A DNA stretch of 64,000 nt, taken from positions 160,001-224,000 of the forward strand of contig CAVUPH010000014.1 of NCBI GenBank assembly GCA_963743305.1, read 5' to 3'. Positions 19,714 to 30,007 of the stretch are shown piece by piece. The DNA is from an uncultured delta proteobacterium. GTDB taxonomy: Bacteria; Desulfobacterota; RBG-13-43-22. Position numbers and translations under genes: made by a program. Each line of letters opens with the position of its first letter. Positions within the stretch are counted from its first letter, which is position 1. The notes beneath the pieces were generated by a model, which saw only the letters and a list, made by a program, of their open reading frames with translations, searched no databases and had not been told where the DNA came from.

Positions 19714-20507
19714 ATGAGAAAACCATTGTCTAAGTATAATAATGAGGCTGCTAATTCAACTGGAACGAAGGCTCAAACTCGCACCGTTGGTTCTGAACGA
19801 ATCAGGAACTGGCCCACAAAGGAACGCCCGCGCGAACGACTCCTTGCCGAAGGCCCGGAACGGCTGACGGATGCCGATCTGCTCGCAATCATTCTTCGCG
19901 TCGGATCAGGAACATTCAAGGAAGGTGTTCCCGGGACGAACGCCTACGAGTCTGCCCTCTCGATTCTGAAGGATTTTCGAGGACTTCGCGGGCTCGACCG
20001 CGCCCGCATTCATGACCTGCTGAAGGTGCCCGGCCTTGGGCCTGCGAAAGTCGCTCAGATCAAGGCGGCATTTGAGCTCGGGAAACGCGTGTGCGCCGGG
20101 AAACTCACAGCACCCGCCTTCGAATCCTCTCTGGCCGTTGCCAACCATTTCCGTCCGCGTTTCACCGGCAAGCGTCAGGAGATCGTGATCGCCGTGTTCT
20201 TGAACGGACAGAACCAGCGCCTTGGCGAGAAGGACATCACCGAAGGGACGCCGACCCAAGCCACCGTGTATGTCCGCCGCATTCTGGAAGAAGCCCTCCA
20301 CGAATCGGCCGCGGCGGTCGTCCTGGTCCACAACCACCCCTCGGGCAATCCTGAACCCTCCGCCGGCGACGACGAGACAACGCGCGACCTCTTGCGTGCC
20401 TGCAAACTGGTGGGCTTGGTCCTGCTCGATCACGTGATTGTCGGCGAGATCTGACCATTACAGTTACTGCCGACTCCGGTCGGCTTAAGGAACTTGAGAA
20501 CGAATAG
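19714..20507 (+). CDS. radC: RadC/UPF0758 JAB-domain protein (indels in the last ~15 codons)
   Basis: ERPRERL, HhH GLGPAK, HNHPSGNPEPS..D, LLDHVIVG. Confidence 0.9.
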
Positions 20508-20518
20508 AAGGAGGCCGT

Positions 20519-22793
20519 ATGGCCAAGAAACAACCAGCACCGCAACCCTACGCCAAACCGGATCAGATCCAGATCCGCGGCAACCAGATATTCAGCCCCC
20601 TTCGCCAGAAGTGGGTTGCACTGACGCCCGAGGAACGAGTGCGCCAGGAGTATCTGCGTCGTTCTGATCGAAGAGTATGGGTATTCACCCGGATCAGATT
20701 GACGAGGAGAGTGCCGGTAACAGGCCGCGGTCAGCGCAGATGCCCGCGCCGACTTCCTGATCTGGCGCACACCCGAAGCCAAACAAAGACAGGAACACGC
20801 CTTGATTGTGATTGAATGCAAGGCCGACAACGTGACCATCTCCTTGAAGGACTACGCGCAGGGCGCCAACTATGCGCAGTACGAACATGCGCGGTTCTTT
20901 GTCACCCATAACCACCGCGAGACCAAGTACTGGAAAGTGGATGACACCCGGCGGATGCCGAACTACGATGAGATTGCGAACATTCCCCATGCCGACGCAA
21001 CAGACAAGGACATCAACGAGTTACTGGCACGCCTGAAGGTTTTCAAGGAGGACGAATTCGCGAAGCTGCTCCACGAGTGCCACAACGTCATCCGCAATCG
21101 CGAGAAGCTCGACCCCGCCGCCGCCTTTGACGAAATCGCCAAGATTCTCTTTGTGAAGGTCTATGTCGAACGGGAGCTTCGAGGCCAAACGCTCGCGGAA
21201 GAACCTCTTTACCGTCGAGTATCTTGACGACCAACTTGGCAAGCACCCGCTCAACACGCTCTTTGGACAAACCAAGGAGGCCTACACGGATGACAAGATT
21301 TTTGAGAGCGATGAGGAAATCCGCCTCAAACCCGCCACGGGTCGGGAAATCGTCAAGTTGCTGGAACGCTACAATCTTTCCGATACCAGCGAGGATATCA
21401 AGGGCATTGCCTTCGAGCGCTTTCTCGGCCGCACCTTCCGGGGCGAGATTGGGCAATTCTTCACCCCGCGCACCATCGTCGAGTTCATGATTCGCATGGT
21501 GGAGCCCAAGGAGGGGGACGTGATTTGCGACCCCGCCAGCGGTTCCGGGGGGTTCCTGATCCGTTTCTTCGAGATCGTGCGGCAGCAGATTTTGGCCGAC
21601 GCCGACCGCCAGTACCAGGAATTCAAGACCAAGGTGGAGGCCGACAAGAAGCTCTCGCCGGACAAGAAGGCGACCATGCTCCGGGAGAAGTTTGACGCCA
21701 TCCAGGCAACCCTCGACCACGACAAACCCGGCTCGCGCCTGTGGAAGCTGGCCAATCGCTGCATCTTCGGCACCGACGCCAACGACCGCATGGCCCGCAC
21801 CAGCAAGATGAACATGATCATGCACGGCGACGGCCACGGCGGCGTGCATCACCATGACGGATTCCTGAACGTCAACGGCATCTTCGAAGGCCGCTTCGAC
21901 ATCGTCCTCACCAATCCGCCCTTCGGCGCGAACGTCGAGCCTTCCGACGTGGTGCATGAATCCGATGTGACGGTGAGCCGCGAGGCCGAGAAACGCTATA
22001 CCGAAGAGTACGGCGACCTCTACACGGAAGCCCTGGCCCGCGTTCGCGCCGCCGTGGGCAAGCCCATCGCCAGCCTCTTCGAACTGCCCAAAGGCAACGG
22101 CACCGAAAAGGAACGCGACAAACGGGCCAAGTCGGCCAAGATCAAAACCGAAATCCTTTTCATCGAACGCTGTCTTTCCCTGTTGAAGCCCGGCGGGCGG
22201 CTCGGCATCGTCCTGCCCGAAGGCATCTTCAACAATCCCTCCCTCGCCTACGTGCGCGAGTTCTGCGAAAACCGCGCCTTCATCCGGGCCGTGGTCAGCC
22301 TGCCCCAGGAGACCTTCTTTTCCTCCGGCGCGAGCGTGAAGGCATCGCTGCTTGTTCCTGCAAAAGTTCACCGAGAAGGAGCAGGCCGATTTCGACGCCA
22401 AGCAGGCCGAAGCCAACGCCGAGGTGAAGGCGAAGCATGCCGACGCCATCGCGACGGAGACCGCACGGCTTGAGGCGGCGATAGCGGCAGCCAAGGAAGC
22501 GCGGGATACCGAGAAGCGAAAGACACTGCAAAAGGAATTGGCCGACTATGAGAAGCGGATGGCCGAGACCATCGCCAAAGAAACCCGCGCTTTGCTCAAA
22601 GAGAGATTTCCCTATCCCATCTTTCTCTACGAAGCGGAGAAGGTGGGCATCACCGCCACGGGCGAACAGGACCAGAACGAGCTGGTTCCCAACGACAACC
22701 AGCCGCCGGGCATCACGAAGACGTGCCTGGAGCTTTATCAGGAGTTCCGGCGCAACCCCAAGCCGTTCTTTCTGACGGAGGCAAAGGCGATGA
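20519..22793 (+). CDS. Fused restriction endonuclease (HsdR_N-like) - N6-adenine methyltransferase (Type IIB/IIG-like), several frameshifts
   Basis: TPEERVRQ, ADF...IVIECK nuclease motif, GQFFTPR, DPASGSGGF, NPPF, GIVLPEG spread over ORFs 20519/20802/21163/22352; AAGGAGG RBS. Confidence 0.85.
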
Positions 22794-24193
22794 CGACGGC
22801 CCCCACGACGCTCCCGCGCCTTTGCTGTTTGGTGGAAGGATTTGGACCGTTGGGATTCCATCCAGCTTCTATCTGAGCCAGTCGCTTGGCCGAAGGGTAT
22901 GGGACGCGTGTTCGGAGTCGGTACGCTGGTCACGGCAAGTAAGCGAACGTGTCAAAGCCGAATTCACCGATAAAGAATACAAAATGGCGGGCGTCAGTTG
23001 ATATGGCGAAGGTGTTTTCCACCGCGAAACGGTACGCGGTGATGCTATGAGCGCCAACCAGGTGACATCGCTGATTGCCAAGATCTGATTTACAAGCGAG
23101 GCTGTAGGCATTCGCCTGGAAGGTATCGAATTCGCTGTGACCACCCGAGCTTCGCGGTTACTGTCAGTCTCGAACGAGTTTCAAGCAGTTTATCCCGGAC
23201 GCACTCCTACCAGAATATCTGTCTAAGTTCTGCACTCGTCAAGCGACGATCGTGCTGTAGCGCTGCATCGACAGGTCGTCTGCCGTAAGCCGCAATCGTT
23301 TCAAGGAAGAGGATTTCTCGAATTCGAACATATTCCACTTCCTCCGCTGGCCGAGCAAAAGGCCATCGTCGCACGCTGGCACAAGGCGCAAGACGAAATC
23401 GCCGCCGCCCGTGAACGTGTGGAAAAGCGAAAAGCAGCGATTGATGTCCGGTTCTTCGCCGACTTGGGCTTGCGGTCGCCCGCACAAGGTTCCATGCCCA
23501 AAGCCTTTGCCGTTTGGTGGCAGGATTTTCTCCGTTGGGGGGTCGGTTTCAACTACCTTTACCAGAGCGGTGCCGACCTGACGCGAGGCAAGTATCCAGT
23601 TGTCGACCTGGGCTCGCTCCTCGAACTGGTTCAATACGGAACAAGCGAAAAGGCGAATACGAACAATGACGGCGTGGCCGTAATTCGCATGAACAACATT
23701 CTTGATGGCGAACTCGACCTCGGAAATCTCAAGCATCTAAGACTTTCCAAGAATGAGATGGATAAATTGCTCTTGAAGGATGGCGACATCCTTTTTAACC
23801 GCACGAACAGCAAAGAACTTGTCGGAAAATGTGCCGTGTTTCACGCTCAAGGGGAATACGTCTTCGCTTCCTACCTCATTCGTATTCGAGCGGATTCCTC
23901 CAAAGCTAATCCCGATTTCTTAGCCTATGTCATTAACTCTCCAATCGGTCGGCAACAAATCAACGCGCTCAGTCGGCAGATTATCGGGCAGGCCAACATC
24001 AACAGCGTTGAACTGCGCGGCCTGCAAATCCCGCTCCCACCGCTGAGCTGTGCAAAAGCAAATCATGGAACGTGTGGCGGCGGGCCGCGAAGAAATCGCC
24101 CGCGAGCGAGAAGCCGCTGACCGCCTCGCCCGCGAAATCAACGCCGAAATCGAAGCCCTGATCTTAGGCACGAAGAAGGTGAGTGAGCTATGA
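22790..24193 (+). CDS. hsdS: Restriction-modification specificity subunit (HsdS-like), several frameshifts
   Basis: IPLPPLAEQKAIV and IPLPPL..QK.I repeats, QYGTS, GDILFNRTNSKELVGK, GQANIN; GGAGG RBS and ATGA overlaps. Confidence 0.8.
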
Positions 24194-25746
24194 GCCGTGG
24201 ACGACAGAAAGATCTCATTCGAAGGTCTTCTTGCAGGAGAACGTCCTCGGAACTTTTAAGGTGATACGCGGTTTTGCTGACCTGCGTGATCTCACCGAGG
24301 TTTCTGTAGCAATGCCTTACCAGGGCGGCATGAATGGTCCGGGCACCGGCTATCAGAGACAATTCGATGAGCAGCATGTTGAAGATATTAAAAGGTTTCT
24401 CAGTAAGGGCCGCTACCGATTCTTCCCCGAGATAGTCCTCAGCCTCCGGAGCCAAGGGGCAACTGATCCTGTCGTTTCGTATGCCAAGAAGAGATCGTCA
24501 CCAAATGACAAAACCTACGGGATTTCCGTGGGGCTCAAAGCACTAAGCGAGGATGGCTTCACGAGGATTCACAGGATTGACGGTAACCACCGTCTGGAGG
24601 CAGCTAAGCGCTGTTAAAAGAGCAGAAGGCGTCTGCTTCTTTCAAGGATTTCACCAAAGCCCCATTCTGCTTTGTCGTCTTGGACTCGGATAGGCCGGAG
24701 GATGACGAGTTGGCCGAAGCCATGCTTTTTAACCTGATTAACAGTAAAGCCCTGCCTATCGCTTCGGAGCATAGTCTTTCGGTCTTGATGCGCGATGACG
24801 GTGCCGCCGCCGAACGATTTGTTGAGGACCCTCAAGTTTATCTGGCGCGTTGGATAACGGCAAAGTCAAAGACTGGCCCCATGGTTTCTACACCGCAATG
24901 GGCGACAACCCCTTGTCTCGCTTGCATTCCACGGCAGGCGTGCTGCTTCGCCCAGGTGGGATATCAAAGTCTACCCAGCAGAACATGGAAACCGAAGCAG
25001 GGCGACTTTTCGACCCACTGTATGATCTGGCCGTGAGGTTCCGCGACCACCATGAGAAATTTGTGCATTCTTATGCATTCCTGCCTATCGCAGCCGAGGT
25101 CTATGCCCGCCACTCGAAAGTCGATTCTGCAAAAGGGGCAAATACAGAAGCGGAACGGCTCCGTCGAGCGGAACGCTGGCTTCGAGACTTCGCCCGCTGG
25201 TTTGATAACGTCGGAGGTGCAGACATGCCTTTGCCAGCCGATCCCTCCGTCCTTTGGACCATTTTCAAGCGTGATTTCGACAAACGAGCGGGGAAGGTCT
25301 TCGTTGCTATGTCATTTAGTAACGAACGGGATCTTCAGGATGTAGGAACGGCCATTGATGAGGCGCTTGATCAATTCAACATGGAACATCCAAACACACC
25401 ACTCGCGCCAAGGCGTGCGGATAAACAAAAAGGCGCGAGTTATGAAATTCCGGCCTGGATATTCTCAGAAATTGATCAGAGCCGGTTAATTATTGCAGAC
25501 CTGACCGATGAGAGGCCGAACGTTTACTGTGAAGTAGGCTACGCTAAGTCAAAAGGAATCCCATTTATCCTGACCTTCCATAAACGGACGCCCACCGACA
25601 AACCACCGTGGGAACGGGAATCATCACCGGGCAACAAAGTTCATTTTGACCTAACACCCTATCGTTATATTGCATATGAGACCGCATTCGACCTGAGAGA
25701 TAAGCTAAAACAGGAACTTGACGCTTTTGTTGGGCGAGCATTATAA
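24190..25746 (+). CDS. DGQHR/DndB-like (ParB/Srx-fold) domain fused to a nucleoside 2-deoxyribosyltransferase/TIR-like domain (frameshifted)
   Basis: YQR..., FFPEIVL, IDGNHRL, LFNLINSKA in ORFs 24183/24680; FVAMSF, RAD, IIADLT..RPNVYCEVGYA in ORF 24850. Confidence 0.7.
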
Positions 25747-25793
25747 AGACCTTATTTTGTTGAATCGAAACAAGTTTAAAATCTGGCTTTATT

Positions 25794-27452
25794 ATGAATG
25801 AACGAATACAACAGCTCCAACATTGGATGCAAACGAGAGAAGGGGAGCATCTTGAATTCAAAGAGGCCAAACAACGTTATGATTTTGAAGAGTTGGTAAA
25901 ATATGGAGTCGCTCTGGCCAATGAGGGTGGTGGCCGAATAATTCTAGGGGTGACCGATAAACCGCCTCGTCGAATCGTTGGCACCCGGGCTTTTGAAAAC
26001 CTGGAACGGACCAAAGCCGGTCTTATCGAGCGGTTACATCTACGAATTGATGTCGAAGAAATTATTGATCCCGAAGGGCGGGTTTTGGTCTTTCATATCC
26101 CTTCGAGGCCTATTGGAATGCCTATTCACTATGAGGGGCGATACTTTATGCGGGCCGGAGAAGGATTAGCGGCCATGTTACCGGATATGCTAAAACGGAT
26201 TTTCGACGAAGCCGGTCCGGATTATACGGCCGAGATCTGCCCCAAAGCCGGGATAAATGATTTGGAACCGAGGGCAGTTGATGAATTCCGTCAACGGTGG
26301 ATTTTTAAATCAAAAAATGAAAAATTGCGGTCTCTTCCGGCTGAGCAACTACTAATCGATTCTGAGTTGCTGAACAGGGAGGGTTTGACTTATGCCGCAT
26401 TAATCCTTTTAGGAAGTCGAGAAGCTCTGGGATACTTTTTACCCCAGGGGGAGGTTATCTTCGAGTATCGGTCCAGTGATGCCACTGGACCGGCCCAACA
26501 ACGCCAGGAGTTTCGGCAGGGTTTTTTTTCTTTTTATGACGAATTGTGGAACCTAATCAATCTTAGGAATGATCAGCAACACTTCCAGGATGGCCTTTTT
26601 ATTTGGGACATCCCCACCTTCAACGAAGCGGCTGTCAGGGAAGCCCTCCTCAATGCCGTTAGTCACCGTGATTACCGCATGGCGGGGTCCGTCTTTATAC
26701 GCCAATATCCTCGCCGTCTAGAGATAGTCAGCCCGGGCGGCCTTCCGCCAGGAATTACCCCGGACAATATCCTCTGGGAACAATCACCCCGTAATCGTCG
26801 GATCGCCGAAACGCTCGCCCGATGCGGACTGGTGGAAAGATCCGGTCAGGGAATGAACCGGATTTTCGAAGTCTGCATTCGGGAAAGCAAACCCAGACCG
26901 GATTTCACCCATACAGATGCCTATCATGTCTGGTTGACTCTTCACGGGGAGGTCCAGCATCCGGAATTCCTGCGCTTTCTGGAAAAACTGGGTCAAGAAC
27001 GCCTGGAGTCCTTCACCACTCAAGACCTTCTGGTTATAGACCAGGTATTTCGGGACGAACCCATCCCCGATGGGATTAAAGGAAATCTTTCCAGGCTGGT
27101 CGAAATAGGAATTATTGAAAAGATCAGCCGGGGGCGGGGGACCCGCCACATTTTATCCCGCCAGTTTTATGATTTTATAGGAAAGAGAGGCGCTTATACC
27201 CGAAAAAAAGGCTTGGATCGGGAGACCAACAAAGCCCTTTTGATTAAACATATCCAAGATAGCCGGGCCATCGGTTCCAGAATGGAAGAATTTCGGCAAG
27301 TTTTGCCCAGTCATTCGCGCAATCAGATTCAAGTCCTTCTGCGAGAATTGGTTAAGGATGGACAAATTCATATCCATGGTAAGACCCAGGCAGCCCCGCT
27401 GGTTTCCAGGACCTCTGAAGACGGATTGCAACCATTAGAGGGGAAGGAATAA
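25794..27452 (+). CDS. AlbA_2/Schlafen + HATPase_c_4 (RecG C-terminal-like) + HTH protein
   Basis: EGEHLEFKEA, ALANEGGG.IILGV.D, REALLNAVSHRDY, SPGGLP, PRNRRIAE, ERSGQG. Confidence 0.85.
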   Translation: MNERIQQLQHWMQTREGEHLEFKEAKQRYDFEELVKYGVALANEGGGRIILGVTDKPPRRIVGTRAFENLERTKAGLIERLHLRIDVEEIIDPEGRVLVFHIPSRPIGMPIHYEGRYFMRAGEGLAAMLPDMLKRIFDEAGPDYTAEICPKAGINDLEPRAVDEFRQRWIFKSKNEKLRSLPAEQLLIDSELLNREGLTYAALILLGSREALGYFLPQGEVIFEYRSSDATGPAQQRQEFRQGFFSFYDELWNLINLRNDQQHFQDGLFIWDIPTFNEAAVREALLNAVSHRDYRMAGSVFIRQYPRRLEIVSPGGLPPGITPDNILWEQSPRNRRIAETLARCGLVERSGQGMNRIFEVCIRESKPRPDFTHTDAYHVWLTLHGEVQHPEFLRFLEKLGQERLESFTTQDLLVIDQVFRDEPIPDGIKGNLSRLVEIGIIEKISRGRGTRHILSRQFYDFIGKRGAYTRKKGLDRETNKALLIKHIQDSRAIGSRMEEFRQVLPSHSRNQIQVLLRELVKDGQIHIHGKTQAAPLVSRTSEDGLQPLEGKE

Positions 27453-27598
27453 TCTTTTTTGCGAAGGGCTTGGTTGGTTTTTTTTAACCGATCTAATTTA
27501 TAAGATTATTCGGCTTATTGGGATTGCAACTTTTATTTGGGTTTGGTTGTAATTTAGTAGCAATCATGGTTGCAATCACGGGGTGGCTAGGAATCCTC

Positions 27599-27830
27599 AT
27601 GAAATTTCTCCACACCGCAGACTGGCAGTTGAGCATAAAGGCCGCCCAGGTGGGCGGGGCCGGGGAGTGGGTCCGCGCCGAGGGGATCAAAATAGCGGAG
27701 CGGATCGTCCGACTGGCCCGGGATCAGGCCGTGGATTTTATCCCCCTGGCCGGCGGCACCTTCGAGGACAACGCGGTGGAGCGGGTCTTGATTCAGCAGA
27801 CGGCCGATCTGCTGGGGAACCCCTTGGGGG
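27599..27830 (+). pseudogene. N-terminal fragment of an SbcD/Mre11-type metallophosphoesterase
   Basis: MKFLHTADWQL, AVDFI.LAGG(D)TFE; similarity lost after about 75 aa; GNHD motif absent. Confidence 0.7.
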
Positions 27831-28052
27831 GCTTTTATCCAGCTCTTCTGAGGTTTAAAATGGATCAGAATAGGATCGGGTCATGTCAAGAGAAGTCCGG
27901 GGCGGATTGGAGCGGTGTAGGACCAGATCAAGCAAGCTCTTCTCCGGCGAATTCGACCGGGCGCCAGCCAGTCACTTAGGGGTAACCGAGGAAGATCTTG
28001 ACGGAATAAACAGAATTAGATTTGGTCCAAGATGCCGGAAAGTGATAGAAGA

Positions 28053-28784
28053 ATGGATATTAAAAGAATTGATCTGTTGTTAAAATATATCTTGGCGGCG
28101 GCGGGGCAGGAAGATCCCGGCCACCACGAGGTGGGACCTATTCACCTGATCAAATACGTTTACCTGGCCGATCTGATTTATGCTGAAAAACACGGGGGGG
28201 AAACCTTCACCGGTGCCCCTTGGCGGTTCCACCATTTCGGCCCCTGGTCACCGGAAGTCTATAACCGAATTGAGCCGGTTATAACCGAAGTCCGGGCCCG
28301 GGTGAGAGAGATCCCGTCGTCAAAGGCGAAAGAGGATATAATCCGGTATTCCCTGGTTGATGAGTCCCTGTTCAGCCAACTTGAGCCGGAACTTCCCTTC
28401 GTACTGGCAGTTTTCCTAAAAGGAGTGATTCATAAGTTCGGGGATGACACTACCAGTCTTCTCCATCACGTATACCGCACCTCACCCATGCTGGGAGCCG
28501 CGCCCGGCGAGCCACTTTCCTTCAAAAAAGAAACCTTCGATGAAGGAGACCAACCCAAGGTTGCCGGCCAGGTTTCCGATGTTGTGGAACTCTACCAAAC
28601 CACTTCAACAAAAAAAAGAAAGGCGGATATGAAGGCCCTTAAAGAGCAAATCCAGCTCAAGCTGGCGGAAAAGAGGTTAAAAAAGGAACAAACCATTCCG
28701 TCAAGGCCTCCCCGTTATGATGAAGTCTTTTTTGAAGGGGTGAGATGGTCTGGACAGTCTGGCGGGGGAACCGGTTCAGCATAG
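28053..28784 (+). CDS. Panacea/SocA (DUF4065) domain protein, C-terminus frameshifted or truncated
   Basis: HLIKYVYLAD...TGAPW...HFGPWSPEVY; LLHHVY...PM. Confidence 0.75.
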   Translation: MDIKRIDLLLKYILAAAGQEDPGHHEVGPIHLIKYVYLADLIYAEKHGGETFTGAPWRFHHFGPWSPEVYNRIEPVITEVRARVREIPSSKAKEDIIRYSLVDESLFSQLEPELPFVLAVFLKGVIHKFGDDTTSLLHHVYRTSPMLGAAPGEPLSFKKETFDEGDQPKVAGQVSDVVELYQTTSTKKRKADMKALKEQIQLKLAEKRLKKEQTIPSRPPRYDEVFFEGVRWSGQSGGGTGSA

Positions 28785-29045
28785 GGAAGTAATCCATTCT
28801 CGACAGGTTGCACAGCGAAACTCGGCGGGATGCCAATTATGTGCCTTTTGGGGCATAGGCGTTATGTCATCTAAAGGTAAACCAAAAGTTGCCTGACGCA
28901 AAAAAGTACAATAGTTACAGAAAGATTCCAATGTAACGCCATGTAATGAGTCACCTGATGAAAAGCAATATAAGAGTATCTATTTTTTGATTGAATTGAG
29001 AAAACAAAAAAGGGGCCACTAAAACCTGGGTTCGGGTGAGATTGA

Positions 29046-29078
29046 CTTTAGTTAATCTTTAGATAAACTTTAGATAAA
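29046..29078. repeat. Three tandem 11-bp repeats
   Basis: CTTTAGTTAAT CTTTAGATAAA CTTTAGATAAA. Confidence 0.7.
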
Positions 29079-29148
29079 GATGGAGACGGTCTTTGCGGAT
29101 AACATACTGTAAAATAAGGAAAATTTAATAGGCTAAATTCGTGGCTCT

Positions 29149-29288
29149 ATTACCTGGATCAAGGATAAAAGCCTGGCGACCTCGACAACCTGCCCGATCC
29201 GGACCTGCTGGCCAATGATATCATCGAAAACCTGGAGGCGGCGGTGGAGAGCTTCAAGGAGATCATGGTGGCTATCAATGGGAAATAA
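29149..29288 (+). pseudogene. C-terminal remnant of a Type I HsdM methyltransferase
   Basis: ITWIKDKSL-DLDNLPDPDLLANDIIENLEAAVESFKEI...* with one indel; no upstream body. Confidence 0.7.
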
Positions 29289-29359
29289 GACAGGAATTGG
29301 ATTTGAAGGAAGAAAGAAGCTGGATGGCTTGGCGAAGGAGCCGTTTCGGAGGGTTCGAT

Positions 29360-29653
29360 ATGAAAACCAGGGAAGAAATTCTTAGCATTCTCCAAGAGCG
29401 CAAGCCTGATTTGGTAAAAAAATTCGGCCTGCAAAGATTGGCTCTCTTTGGTTCTTTTGCCCGGGGGGATAATAAAGAAAATAGCGATGTGGATATTCTG
29501 GTAGAAGTTCCTCCAACCATTGGTCTCGGATTTGTGGATTTGGCTGAAGAAATCGAAACGTTTCTGGGAATGCCGGCGGACGTCGTCTCTCGGCGGGCTA
29601 TCAAGCCCAGGCATTGGAATGTAATTCAGGAGGATCTGATCGATGTCGCGTAG
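29360..29653 (+). CDS. Minimal nucleotidyltransferase (MNT) antitoxin
   Basis: LFGSFARGDNKENSDVDILV (GS-X10-DXD). Confidence 0.9.
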   Translation: MKTREEILSILQERKPDLVKKFGLQRLALFGSFARGDNKENSDVDILVEVPPTIGLGFVDLAEEIETFLGMPADVVSRRAIKPRHWNVIQEDLIDVA

Positions 29654-29988
29654 ATCCGTAGACTCTGCTGATCGAGGATCTCTGGGAAGCGGTTGAAAAG
29701 GTTGAGCGGTATACGCGTGGTTTTGATCATGACCGTTTTGTTCAGGATGAAAAAACCATCGACTCCGTGGTCAGAAATTTCGAGATCATCGGGGAGGCTG
29801 CCGGGAAATTGCCGCCGGATTTCAGAGACAGTCACCCGGATATCCCCTGGAAAAAGATTATTGGATTGAGACACCGGATCGTCCACGATTATTTCGACAT
29901 CGACGTTGAAATAATCTGGCAGATCCTAAAAAAAGATATCCCTGCCTTGAAACAGAATCTTCAATTGATTCAGCAGCCAAAGTCATAA
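29643..29988 (+). CDS. HEPN/DUF86 RNase toxin (indel near 29665)
   Basis: RNFEIIGEAA, IPWKKI.GLRHRIVHDY (R-X4-H); overlaps the MNT stop. Confidence 0.85.
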
Positions 29989-30007
29989 ATATAGGTGTTG
30001 GAGTTGC

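Noticed and set aside
21088-22494. 468-aa minus-strand ORF, and similar long antisense ORFs at 40714-41868, 8933-9727 and 31209-32045
   Set aside because: Shadow ORFs opposite well-supported GC-rich genes; no recognisable motifs.
22352-22876. Single-chain R-M-S fusion (the M frame reads into S as sequenced)
   Set aside because: A GGAGG RBS and ATGA at 22790 suggest separate genes, and the region is indel-rich; unresolved without reads.
28790-28870. Integron attC-like end (GGCGTTATGT)
   Set aside because: No matching RYYYAAC inverse core or convincing stem, no intI and no repeated sites.
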